This document shows positions 48,801 through 61,900 of a stretch of DNA of 64,000 nt, piece by piece. This DNA comes from Macrostomum lignano (lineage: Eukaryota), in contig NIVC01000494.1 of assembly GCA_002269645.1 (NCBI GenBank), positions 506,128-570,127 on the forward strand, read 5' to 3'. How positions within the stretch are numbered: position 1 is the first letter of the stretch; each line of letters starts with the position of its first letter. The notes beneath the pieces were generated by a model that was not told where the DNA came from, did no database searches, and saw only the letters and a list, made by a program, of their open reading frames with translations. The position numbers and the translations under genes are program-made.

Positions 48801-51800
48801 TCCCCAAACCTACCTACCGTTAACCTCATTTGTCCTCAAAATGCACACATGTCCTCAACCTCACCTCAAAAGACATAAAAAATCATAAAGCAATCAATTC
48901 ACAAATACATAGTGCTCACTCTTGCACGGCGTGAAATAGCTAACGGTGATGTCGGCCTCCTTGGCCCGGCAGGCGAATTCGTACATGGCCTTCTCCGAGG
49001 CATGCGTCCGACCTTTGTTGTCGCACACCTGGCCTTGAACCAGACACCGTTTGCCAACGCAATCGCAGGTGCACTCCGGTGTGTTCTGCTCGGTGACTCG
49101 GCACATCTGGTTAGGCGCGCAGGCCTCCTCACACACGGAATTGCAGGTGCGACCGTCGCCTTGGTAGCCATGACGACAAGAGCAGGTGTAAGAACCGATA
49201 GTGTCGACGCATTGGGCCATCGGGTCGCATTTATGAGTGCCCCGGCCGCATTCGTCCTCGTTGAGGCACTGACCGTACTCATTCGCTCTGGGAGTCGTAC
49301 AGGTGCGGGTAAATACGCGATTTTAAAAGCTGGAAAATGTACCTAAGAGTACAATTAACATCATCAAATTTTTCACAGGTATATCAATTGAGAAAAGTCT
49401 GAAAATGTACATGTAACACATCGATGTGTGTGCTCATGCTCAGTGCATTAACACCGATCAGGGAATGCGTTCAAGGAAATCATCAGGTAAATGTAGAACT
49501 TTATTTTTTAGGCAATTCAACCCGGGCCGACCAAAGCATGCTCGCAGAGCCCTGCTTGGACTCAACCGCAGGGAAATCAGGGCAGTGACCAGCACCCTCT
49601 TGGGTCATGGCTGTTTTGCCAGGCATCGTCACCTCCAGGGAAAAATCCGTAGCGAGGAATGCCCCATTCTGCTTCTCAGGTGTTGAGAATGCGGAGCACT
49701 TCATCTCTGAATGCCCCGCCTTTACTCAGCAGGACAGGCCCAAACCCGGACTTCACCGACGCTTTCAGGCCCGAAAACCTCTCCTAGACTCTCCGGAGGT
49801 GGACCGCGCTGCGGACATCGGCACCACCGGACTTCTCTGCACGACACCACAGCAGCACCAGCTGCCCGTAGTCGCCAGGGGTTAGCGGATTGGGCGGCAA
49901 CGCCTCCTCGCTGCATCCGGATGCCCGCAACCCCCTGCAGTTGAGTCAAGCAAGACCAGAATATGCACCGCTTACACATAGCCAGCGTTGCACTGGCACC
50001 GATGCCCGGAGCTGGTGGACACGCAGTGCGAGTTCGGCGGGCACGTGACGTTGGCCAACACGCATTCGTCGATTCGCTGGCACAGACTGTTGTCGACCAT
50101 GGCCGAGCCCGGCTTGCAGGTGCAGCTGAAGCTGCCCGGCTGGTTGGTGCACACGCCGTAGTCGGGGTCACCGCAAGCGTCCGGCTTGGCGCACTCGTCG
50201 ATGTCGACGCACAGGAAGGGGCCGCTGGGCTGGTAGCCAGCCGAACAGGTGCAAGTGTAATTACCGGCCGTGTTGGTGCAGACTCCGTTGGGACAGGCGT
50301 TGGCGGATTTGCATTCGTCAATGTCGACGCAGTTATTATCGGAGTCGAGGATATAGCCTTTGGGACAGTAGCAGCGGTAGGAGCCCACCGTGTCGACGCA
50401 CACCTGGTTAGGCGGGCATCTGCCAGGTAAAAAAGGTTGGGTTGATATAGTAATAAAGCTTAGAATAATTATACGTCAGGTGAAGGACAAACGAACGGAT
50501 GTATGGATAGGACGTTAATGTACGTTAATGGACGAAAACTAATTGAGTTCGATACAAAGGTAGAGTTTTTATTAGACAAAAAGTTAAGACTAGACTATTG
50601 TGAAAGATTTTGAAGGTTGACTATTTAGGTAGACAAAAATGCAGACTGGAAGATTTAGGTAGACATAAAGGCTGTTGCATGTTTAAGAAACTTCAACTTT
50701 ACCTCGCAGCTAGCCTAGCAGCGCTGGGCAGAGCGCATTCGTCGATATTGGCGCACGCGGTGTCCTTGAACTCGTAGCCATCGGGGCAGTTGCACACGAA
50801 ACTGCCGGGCGTGTTGACGCAACTGCCGCCTGGCTGACAGAAGCCCAGATTGGCTTCGGCGGCCAGTTTGCACTCGTCGACGTCTGCGCAATGATGAAGA
50901 AGATTCGATGACGACGGTGACCAGGCAGCGTTTCAACCATTGGCTCAGTGAGTTAAATTTGTGAGAAGTGCACAAAATAGAATTACCTCTAGACGGTCGG
51001 TCTCCCTTACCAACACCACCACCTGACCTTAAATTCACCTGTCTTAACTTACGGACCTGTCCTCAGCTTCACCTGTGATGTAACTTAACCTGTACATAAC
51101 TGCAGCAATACTCAACCTCACTTGTACTCAACCTCACCTGTACTCAACCTCACCTGTACTCAACCTCACTTGTGCTCAACCTCGCCTGTACTCAATCTCA
51201 CCTGTACTCAACCTCACCAGTGTAGAAAAGTTAATGCCGCGTTATGGTGCTAGGCAGGCATGAAGAATATCTCAAAGGCCGCTTGCACTTAGCAGGGCCG
51301 GCTTATATTTGGCTATGGCTAATTGCGTAATACGAGCTAAATCAATTATTGAAGTGAGTGGTTGGCTGTACGTACTTGTACGGGGCAGTGATAGCGCTGG
51401 ACCAAGTGAGCGAGGGAGAGAGAGAGGGAGGCAGATGTACACTGCTCCACAACCAGTACTCAAACTCACCTGTACTTTAAACTCACCAGTACTAAACCTC
51501 GCCTCTCCTCAACTTCACCTATCTTTGTACTTGTCTATCTTCAACCTCACTTGTCCTCAACTCTTCACCTGCCGAATAACTCACCAACACAATCGGTGCC
51601 CTTCAGAGCGAAGCCAGCCTGACACTTGCACCGGAAACTGCCCATAGTGTTGACGCACAGCTGACCGGCACCCGTGCAGTTGTGCAGACCCATGCTGCAC
51701 TCGTCAATATCCTGGCACAGCCGTTCATTGTCAGGCGGGTTAATGTAACCCTCCGGACAGGCGCACGCGTAGCCGGTGGTGGTATTGTCAACGCACAGAG

Positions 51801-52625
51801 CTCCTGCTGGGCAAGCGTCGGCACGTTCCGAGCATTGGTTGATGTGCTCGCAGGCTCCTGTCAGAGACATTTGCTGGCCTCGAGGACAGTAGCACTGGTA
51901 GCCGCCGCGGGTGTTGTTGCACAGCGCCGTGGGGTGGCAGCTGCCGTTGCGGCTACACTCGTCAACATCAACGCAGTAGACGCCGTTTACTGTGAAACCG
52001 ACTGGACAGCTGCACGCGTAGCTGGCGAAGGTGTTGTGACAGGTCTGCTCGGGTCCGCACACTCCGGGAGAGGCGCATTCGTCGATGTCTGGATGACGAA
52101 ATTTTAGAACAGTATATATGTGCAAGCTTTTGACGTTGTTTAGGGCGGTCAGGGTTCGAGGATGTGCCTCAGTGCTCATTGGGATCCTCTAGAGCGGTCA
52201 GCAGGGTTCGAGGATGTGCTCAGTGCTCATTGGGATCCCCTAGAGCGGTCAGCAGGGTTCGAGGATGTGCTCAGTGCTCATTGGGATCCCCTAGAGCGGT
52301 CAGCAGGGTTCTAGGATGTGCTCAGTGCTCATTGGGATCCCCTAGATCGGTCAGCAGGGTTCGAGGATGTACTCAGTGCTCAGATCCTCTAGGGCTTGGA
52401 AGCATCCTCTGCTTCATCGAGTTTATTTAGAGTTCGGAAGAGTTCTCATCAGAACCTCAACTCACCCTGGCAGTGGGTCCTGTTGAGCATCTCCAAGCCG
52501 AGTTTGCATCGGCAGGCGAAGCTGCCAACCAGGTTGACGCAGTCAGCCGTGCCTCGGTTGCAGTCGTCCGCGTTCTCGGAGCACTCGTCAATGTCTGCGT
52601 TGGGCAGAGGATTAAGGGATGAAAT

Positions 52626-52704
<79 letters not shown>

Positions 52705-52725
52705 CACAGACAGACAGACACAGAC

Positions 52726-52776
<51 letters not shown>

Positions 52777-52807
52777 CACAGACAGACAGTCAGTCAGACA
52801 GACAGAC

Positions 52808-52856
<49 letters not shown>

Positions 52857-52895
52857 CACAGACAGACAGTCAGTCAGACAGACAGACAGTCAGTC

Positions 52896-52948
<53 letters not shown>

Positions 52949-55900
52949 GTCAGTCAGACAGACAGACAGACAGTCCCAGTCCCTGTCACTCACCAACGCA
53001 GCCGCGGGGTCCAACGGGCCGGAAGCCCTGGTTGCACTCGCACTGATAAGATCCGGGCGTGTCAACGCACTTGGCGTTGGCCTGGCACGTGGCGCCTCGA
53101 TCGCACTCGTTAATGTTGACGCACCGGTAGGTTCCGAGCACGTTCTCATAGCCGGACACGCAGTCGCAGGTGTAGTTCAACCGGTGCACCCGGTTGTCCA
53201 GGTTGCGGCAGCTGGAGATGCTGGTGTTGCACTGGTTGGGCCCGGCGCATTCGTTCACATCGTCGCACACGACGCCATTGCCGGTGAAACCGTCCAGACA
53301 GACGCAGCGAGCCTCGCCGTTGACTGTCTGGCATTTGGCGAACGGGCTGCACCTGTTGGGAGGCGGGAGACGGGATGGTCTCACGGTTTTCCTTTCCTCT
53401 CACAATCTCGTCTTACCTCACAAAATCTCACAATCTCATTACTCACACCTCACTAAATCTCACAATCTCATCACACCTCACTAAATCTCACAATCTCATC
53501 ACGTCTCACAAAATCTCACAATCTCATTACTCACACCTCACTAAATCTCACAATCTCATTTCAACTCACTAAATCTCACAATCTCATTACTCACACCTCA
53601 CTAAATCTCACAATCTCATTACTCACACCTCACTAAATCTCACAATCTCATTACTCACACCTCACTAAATCTCACAATCTCATTTCACCTCACTAAATCT
53701 CACAATCTCATTTCACCTCACTAAATCTCACAATCTCATTACTCACACCTCACTAAATCTCAAAATCTCATTACTCACACCTCACTAAATCTCACAATCT
53801 CATCACGTCTCACAAAATCTCACAATCTCATTACTCACACCTCACTAAATCTCACAATCTCATTTCACCTCACTAAATCTCACAATCTCATTTCACCTCA
53901 CTAAATCTCACAATCTCATCACGTCTCACAAAATCTCACAATCTCATTACTCACACCTCACTAAATCTCACAATCTCATTTCACCTCACTAAATCTCACA
54001 ATCTCATTACTCACACCTCACAAAATCTCACAATCTCATTTCACCTCACTAAATCTCACAATCTCATTACTCACACCTCACTAAATCTCAAAATCTCATT
54101 ACTCACACCTCACTAAATCTCACAATCTCATCACGTCTCACAAAATCTCACAATCTCATTACTCACACCTCACTAAATCTCACAATCTCATTTCACCTCA
54201 CTAAATCTCACAATCTCATTACTCACACCTCACAAAATCTCACAATCTCATTTCACCTCACTAAATCTCACAATCTCATTACTCACACCTCACTAAATCT
54301 CAAAATCTCATTACTCACACCTCACTAAATCTCACAATCTCATCACACCTCACTAAATCTCACAATCTCATTACTCACACCTCACAAAATCTCACAATCT
54401 CATTACTCACACCTCACAAAATCTCACAATCTCATCACACCGCACTAAATCTCACAATCTCATCCTCACCTCACTAAATCTCAATCTTCTTATCTCACCT
54501 CACTATAGCTCAAATCCATCTCACCTCACCACATCTCAATCTAATCTCATCGAATTCCATCTCTTCTAATCCAATTTCCATCTACCTTGGCGCCCGAGTC
54601 CAGCACGGGTCCACCTTCTGGCAGAAGTGAACGCAGACTCCGCTAGCGCAGGACTCAACGCCTTTGTCCAGCTGGTCTGCCGGGCAGCGACAGTCGTAGG
54701 TGGAATTTCCCCGATCCCTGCAGATGGTGCCAGCCGGGCACAGAGCCGATTTAGGCGGCGGGCAGTTCTGGTTGAGCTCGCAAAAGTACACGCCGTCGCC
54801 GTTGTAGCCTGGCCGGCAACGGCAGGTGCAGCTGCCGGGTGTGTTGGTGCACTCTGCCAGAGAGTGGCAGGGGTGGGTGCCAGTCTTGCACTCATCGACA
54901 TCTTCGCAGCGCTTCGTGTTGGCGTTCCAAGTCCAGCCGAGCACGCACTCGCACTGGTAGCCACCTCGGGTGTTCACGCAGCGGGAGTAGTTGCCGCAGA
55001 TGTACGGATCGTTCGTGCACTCGTCGAAGTCTACGCAGGTGCGCGGGTCGGCGGCCTGCGATGGTGCCGGGGGTTGGGCGGTGAGACAGAATGTTTGTTA
55101 CTTCAATGAGATAAGAATTCGTGTAATCCAATCCTATCAACATCTCATCTCACTCAGTCTACATTTCACTTCATCCCATCTAGATCTCATCCCATCTCAT
55201 CTCATCTTATCAACTCATCTAGATCTCATTTCATCTCAACTCATTTAGATCTCATTTCATCTCAACTCATCTAGATCTCATCTCATCTCAACTCATCTAG
55301 ATCTCATCTCATCTCAACTCATCTAGATCTCATTTCATCTCAACTCATCTAGATCTCATCTCATCTCAACTCATCTAGATCTCATCTCATCTCAACTCAT
55401 CTAGATCTCATCTCATCTCACCTCATCTACCTCTAGCTCTCATCTCGCCTTATTTATCTCTAGATCTCATCTCGTCTCATCTATCTCTAGATCTTATCTC
55501 ATAGGTCTTATCTTACTTTATCTAGCTTTTATGGCTCTTGTAACTGAACCTCATCTCATTCGGATTAGATCTCATCTCATCCTATCTAGATCTGATCTCA
55601 GCCAGCTTACACCTACAATCCAGATCGAACCATACCCCATCTAGATTAAATAATTTTCTCCTCCGAGATCAGCCAAAACTCACCTGCACTAATCCTTTCG
55701 GACACTCGCACCTGTAGCCGCCAACAGTGTTCCGGCAGGTGGCTCCTCCGTAGCAGGCGTCAGTGCCGTCAGTACACTCGTCGATGTCTGTACAGGTCTT
55801 GCCGTCGCCAACGAAGCCGGGCTTGCAGACGCATCGGTGGCCGGGGCTGAGGTACTCGCAGTTGGCGTGAGGTGAGCAGCCCGCCTCCGCTCCTCCCCGT

Positions 55901-58900
55901 TTGCACACGTCCAGTGGGATACAGCGGATGCCGGACTTGATGGCCAGGGCTGTGCAGAGACAGTTGAACCCGCCTGGCGAGTTGGCGCACCTGCATGACA
56001 GATTTTTGTAAATGATATTTGGTGGTGTCAGGTCCGCTTTTTGAGGTACGCATTCGTGTACACCCTCTACTGTCTCTCACTCCTCTACAACTCACTCTCC
56101 CTCTCACAGTCTGTTCTGTGCCTCCCGCTAAACTCCTCTCTCTGCGTCTATCAATCTACTCTCTTCTCTAATCTAATCTCTCCCCTAATCTACTCTCTCC
56201 CCTAATCTAATCTCTCCCCTAATCTACTCTCTCCCCTAATCTACTCTCTCCCCTAATTTACTCTTTCCCCTAATCTACTCTCTCCCCTAATCCTAATCTA
56301 CTGTCTCTCACTCCTCTACAACTCACTCTCCCTCTCACAGTCTGTTCTGTGCCTCCCGCTAAACTCCTCTCTCTGCGTCTATCAATCTACTCTCTTCTCT
56401 AATCTAATTTCTCCCCTAATCTACTCTCTCCCCTAATCTAATCTCTTCCCTAATCTACTCTCTCCCCTAATCTACTCTCTCTACTAATTTACTCTCTCTT
56501 CTAATCTACTCTCTCCCCTAATCCTAATCTACTCTCTTCCCTAATCCTAATCTACTCTTTCCCCTAATCTACTCTCTCCCTAATCTGCCCTCTCCTCCCA
56601 AATCTCCCCCACTAATTTCTCCTTTGATCTACCTCTCTCTCTCCCACACTGCTATCTCCCTTTCATCTACTCCATCAGCTCACTTGGCCATGAGCGGATC
56701 GCCGCAGACTCCGGGCCTAAAATACGGACTAGCCGGGTCGCACTCGTCGTTGTCAACGCACAGGTTGCCCTCCTTGTGAAAGCCCGGCTTGCACTCGCAG
56801 TCGAATCCGATTGGCTTGCGTGGCACGCAGGTGGAAGTGGCCACATCGCAGGTGTGAGTGCCGGCGGTGCAGCTGTTATCAGCTGATAATTTGTGTTGTT
56901 AAAGCGAATTAATTTTTTGATGATTCCTAGGTTAAACCTACTAATAGTAGGCAAAAAGCGCATTTTGAAATATTAAAATCTTACCAACGCAGATTCTGCC
57001 ATTGCCAACGTAGCCGGATTTGCAGATGCAGCGAGTGTTGGTGCCGTCGAATACGCAGGTGGCGTTTGAGCTGCACAGGCCAGGGGTGCTGCAGGGATTG
57101 CGCTCTGAGGGCATGGGGAAGGATTTGTGTAGTAATTAGCTTATATAGTAAGCCTAAAAGAAAGCCTGTTGAAGGATAAGCGTGTGACAATGTGAAGTAC
57201 TTAAGCCTGGTGAAGTATAAAACTATGGCATTATGAAGTACTCAAGCCTGGTAAAGGACTAACGTGTGACATTAGGAAGTACTCAAGCCTGGTGAAGTAT
57301 AAAACTATGGCATTATGAAGTACTCAAGCCTGGTAAAGGACTAACGTGTGACATTAGGAAGTACTCAAGCCTGGTGAAGTAGAAAACTATGGCATTATGA
57401 AGTACTCAAGCCTGGTAAAGGACTAACGTGTGACATTAGGAAGTACTCAAGCCTGGTGAAGTATAAAACTATGGCATTATGAAGTACTCAAGCCTGGTAA
57501 AGGACTAACGTGTGACATTAGGAAGTACTCAAGCCTGGTGAAGTATAAAACTATGGCATTATGAAGTACTCAAGCCTGGTAAAGGACTAACGTGTGACAT
57601 TAGGAAGTACTCAAGCTTGGTGAAGTATAAAACTATGGCATTATGAAGTACTCAAGCCTGGTGAAGTATAAAACTATGGCATTATGAAGTACTCAAGCCT
57701 GGTGAAGGACTAACGTGTGACATTATGAAGTACTCTAACCTGGTGAAGGACTAACGTGTGACATTATGAAGTACTCAAACCTGGTGAAGGACTAACGTGT
57801 GACATTATGAAGTACTCAAGCCTGGTGAAGGACTAACGTGTGACATTATGAAGTATCCAAGCCTGGTGAAGGACTAACGTGTGACATTATGAAGTACTCA
57901 AACCTGGTGAAGGACTAACGTGTGACATTATGAAGTACTCAAGCCTGGTGAAGGATTAAAGTGTGACATTAGGAAGTAATCAAGCCTGGTGAAGGACTAA
58001 CGTGTGACATTATGAAGTACTCAAGCCTGGTGAAGGACTAACGTGTGACATTATGAAGTACTCAAGCCTGATGAAGGACTAACGTGTGACATTAGGAAGT
58101 AATCAAGCCTGGTGAAGGACTAACGTGTGACATTATGAAGTATCCAAGCCTGGTGAAGGACTAACGTGTGACATTAGGAAGTATCCAAGCCTGGTGAAGG
58201 ACTAACGTGTGACATTATGAAGTATCCAAGCCTGGTGAAGGACTAACGTGTGACATTATGAAGTGCTCAAGCCTGGTGAAGGACTAACGTGTGACATTAT
58301 GAAGTACTCAAGCCTGATGAAGGACTAACGTGTGACATTAGGAAGTAATCAAGCCTGGTGAAGGACTAACGTGTGACATTATGAAGTATCCAAGCCTGGT
58401 GAAGGACTAACGTGTGACATTATGAAGTATCCAAGCCTGGTGAAGGACTAACGTGTGACATTATGAAGTATCCAAGCCTGGTGAAGGACTAACGTGTGAC
58501 ATTATGAAGTACTCAAGCCTGATGAAGGACTAACGTGTGACATTATGAAGTATCCAAGCCTGGTGAAGGACTAACGTGTGACATTATGAAGTACTCAAGC
58601 CTGGTGAAGGACTAACGTGTGACATTATGAAGTATCCAAGCCTGGTGAAGGACTAACGTGTGACATTATGAAGTACTCAAGCCTGGTGAAGGACTAACGT
58701 GTGACATTAGGAAGTACTCAAACCTGGTGAAGGACTAACGTGTGACATTATGAAGTACTCAAGCCTGGTGAAGGACTAACGTGTGACATTATGAAGTACT
58801 CAAGCCTGGTGAAGGACTAACGTGTGACATTATGAAGTATCCAAGCCTGGTGAAGGACTAACGTGTGACATTATGAAGTACTCAAGCCTGGTGAAGGATA

Positions 58901-61900
58901 AGCGTGGAATTTTGAAGTACTGATGCATATAACTTGAAAAGTAACGTCTGATAGTATGGTGGGTGTGTTATTCTGTAAGCCATGCTTGAGACTCTAGCTT
59001 TGATTTCATGTCCTGATTCTGTTAAAATAATATGCATCACCACTGAGACTCAAAGGCCATGAACTCAGAAGTCAAGCTGTCTCACTGGCGCAGAAGAATC
59101 CGGTGCCATCAAATCCGGGCGGACAGACGCACGCATAGCCGGGGTTCTTGTTGATGCAGGTGGCCAGCTTGTGGCACTGGTTGCGCGGCTTCTTCTTGTC
59201 GCATTCGTCAACGTCGTCACAGGTAGTGCCGTTGCCCAGGAGGCCAGCGCTGCAGCGACAGTCGAAACCGCCCGGGGTGTTGACGCACAGAGCATTTTTG
59301 TCGCAGTTGGCTGTGCCGCTGAGGCACTCGTCGACGTCTTGACAGTTGATGCCATCGCCGATGTAGCCTTTCTGACAGGCGCAGGTGTAGCTGCCCTGCG
59401 TGTTGGTGCAGGTCGCCGAGGCGTGGCACTTGTTCAGAGCCGGATTGTCGCATTCGTTGATGTCCTCGCAGCGGCCGCCCTTGAGCTGGGCGCCCGGAGC
59501 GCACGGACACGAGAAGCCGCCGTGCAGGTTGACGCATACCGTCAGCTGCTTGCCCGAGCAGGATTTCGGATCCAGGCATTCGTTGATGTCGTTGCAGAAC
59601 TTGCGACCGTCGCCAACAAACCCGGCGCCGCACTGGCAGGCGTACGAGCCCGGCGTGTTGCGGCACTCGGCGTGCTCAACGCACTGATGCGTCCCCTGGG
59701 CGCATTCGTTGATGTCACGGCAGGCGTCGTAGCCGTTGCCCTGGTAACCCGGGTTGCATTCGCACGTGTAGCCCTGAGGTGTGTAGACGCAGCGAGCGTT
59801 CGAGTCGCAAAGCGACTTGGCGCGACAATCGCCGACATCTAAAAATACGATGGAAGTTGCAGGATTCGGTTTGAAAATATTTAACACACGGACAACTGCA
59901 ATAGAAAGACGCTACACTCGATTTTCTTAGAAATGAGACTGGTAAAGCTGACAGGCGTATCGCAATATTTGCCGTATCGCAAGTGCATTTAGTATGCTCT
60001 TGAGAACGCATAGCGCTGAATTGGGTTTGGCCATAGACATATTCGGTGGAGAAAAAAATCCGCTCTTACTTTCGTAGAGAGCTTCGTACTAGACTTTCGT
60101 ACTGGCACGAAGATTGTGGTTATTCTCTCACTCATTTAAACAACAGTTTAGAAAACTGCTGTCAATGTTACTGTTGCACACCTTATCACACTATACTTGG
60201 CTAATGCTTTAACGAGCGCTCCTTTTATCAAGTATAAAGACAGAATTTACTATAGGTAATAAACTGGACTCTCACCGTCGCAAGTAGCGACACCGTCTCC
60301 GCGGTAGCCAGGTTTACAAGCGCAATTAAAAGCTCCGTCCGTATTTGAACACCTGGCATCGGGATGGCAGTTGCTCTTGCCCGTGGCGCATTCGTCAATG
60401 TCGCGGCACTTCACCCCGTCGCCCATGTAGCCCCGCTTGCACATGCAGTAGAAACTTCCCGGTTGTTGGTGCAGATGGCGTGGTCCCTGTCGCAGTTGTG
60501 CGTCCCCTCCATGCATTCGTTGATGTCGTAGCACTGCAGTCCGTTGCCACTGTAACCGGCCGGACACTGGCACGTGACCTGCTGATTGTCCCAGGTGCAC
60601 AGAGCCACAGAGCCGCAGCCGCCATTGTTAAACAGGCACGGATTGTTGCCTTTGATGCAGATCTTTCCATCGCCGATGTAACCGTCGGGACATTCGCAGC
60701 GGTACGAGCCCAGCGTGTTGATGCACCGGGCATTCGATGCGCAGGCGTCGCTGCCAAGTTTGCACTCGTTCAGATCGCAGAAGTTGTAGCCGTCGCCGTC
60801 GTAGTTTGCTGGACATTCGCAACGGTAGGAGCCGGCGGTGTTGATGCAGTCGGCCAGACGATGGCACGGTTGCCGACTGCCGCTGCACTCGTCGATGTCG
60901 ACGCAGCGACCTCCGACGTCCGTGTAGCCGGAGCGGCACCAGCAGGAGTTGTTGCGCAGGCAGAGGCCGAACGGGCCGCAGTCGCAGGAGTTTTCTGAAT
61001 TGACGCACCTGCCAGTTGCCGAGTCAAGGCTGAAGCCGTCGGAGCATTCGCACCTGGGTGGGGGGGGGGAAGACAGTTTAAACCAAGTTGAGTTTAAGCT
61101 GAAACTGATTTCGGTAATTTTATTTAAAGAACGTCTGCAGACGAACCTACTGATTCTGTAGACAAACCTACTGATTCTGTAGACAAACCTACTGATTCTG
61201 TAGACAAACCTACTGATTCTGTAGACAAACCTACTGATTCTGTAAACAAACCTACTGATTCTGTAGACAAAACTACTGATTCCGCAGACAAACCTGCTGG
61301 TTTTTAAGATGAAGCCTACCTGTCTATAGGTATAAGCTACAGGTATATACCTACCTGTACGCTCCAACGAGGTCCACGCATCTGCCGTTCTGCAGGTCGC
61401 AGTCGTTAAGCAGAGGATTTTCGCATTCGCGAATGTCCACGCATTCTCCAGCCGGGTTGAAGTGCAGCCCGAAGTTGCACACGCATCCGGCTCCGCCGTT
61501 GGCTCCCTGACAGGTGGAATTTGCCGGGCAGGAGACTCCGGTGCAGGCGTCTTGCACCTGGACGCAGCGCAGCTCGCCGTCGGGACCAGTCGTGGCGCTA
61601 AAAGTCGGCTCCAGGCACTTGCACTTTCCAGACTGTTGTGTGCGGAGTTAATATAAGTTGAGTTGAGCAAGGATTTGAGGCGTAGGTTTGGGTGAGATGC
61701 AGGATTTAATTAAGGCTTAAGCACACGGTTGAATTTGAGGGTTTACAGCCAGATAGATTTTTACGGTTTAAGTTTAGGGTTAGAATTAGGGTTTTCATTT
61801 GCACAGTCTTGGTGTAGGGTTGAATTTTTTATTACATCTGCCCCAATTAGTCCAGATGTGCAACCGACAGCTCAGCCGCAGCTATTGCGCGGCGCATCTG

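Noticed and set aside
61755-61800. Interstitial telomere (TTAGGG)
   Set aside because: Only two non-adjacent hexamers in a T/G-rich intron segment.
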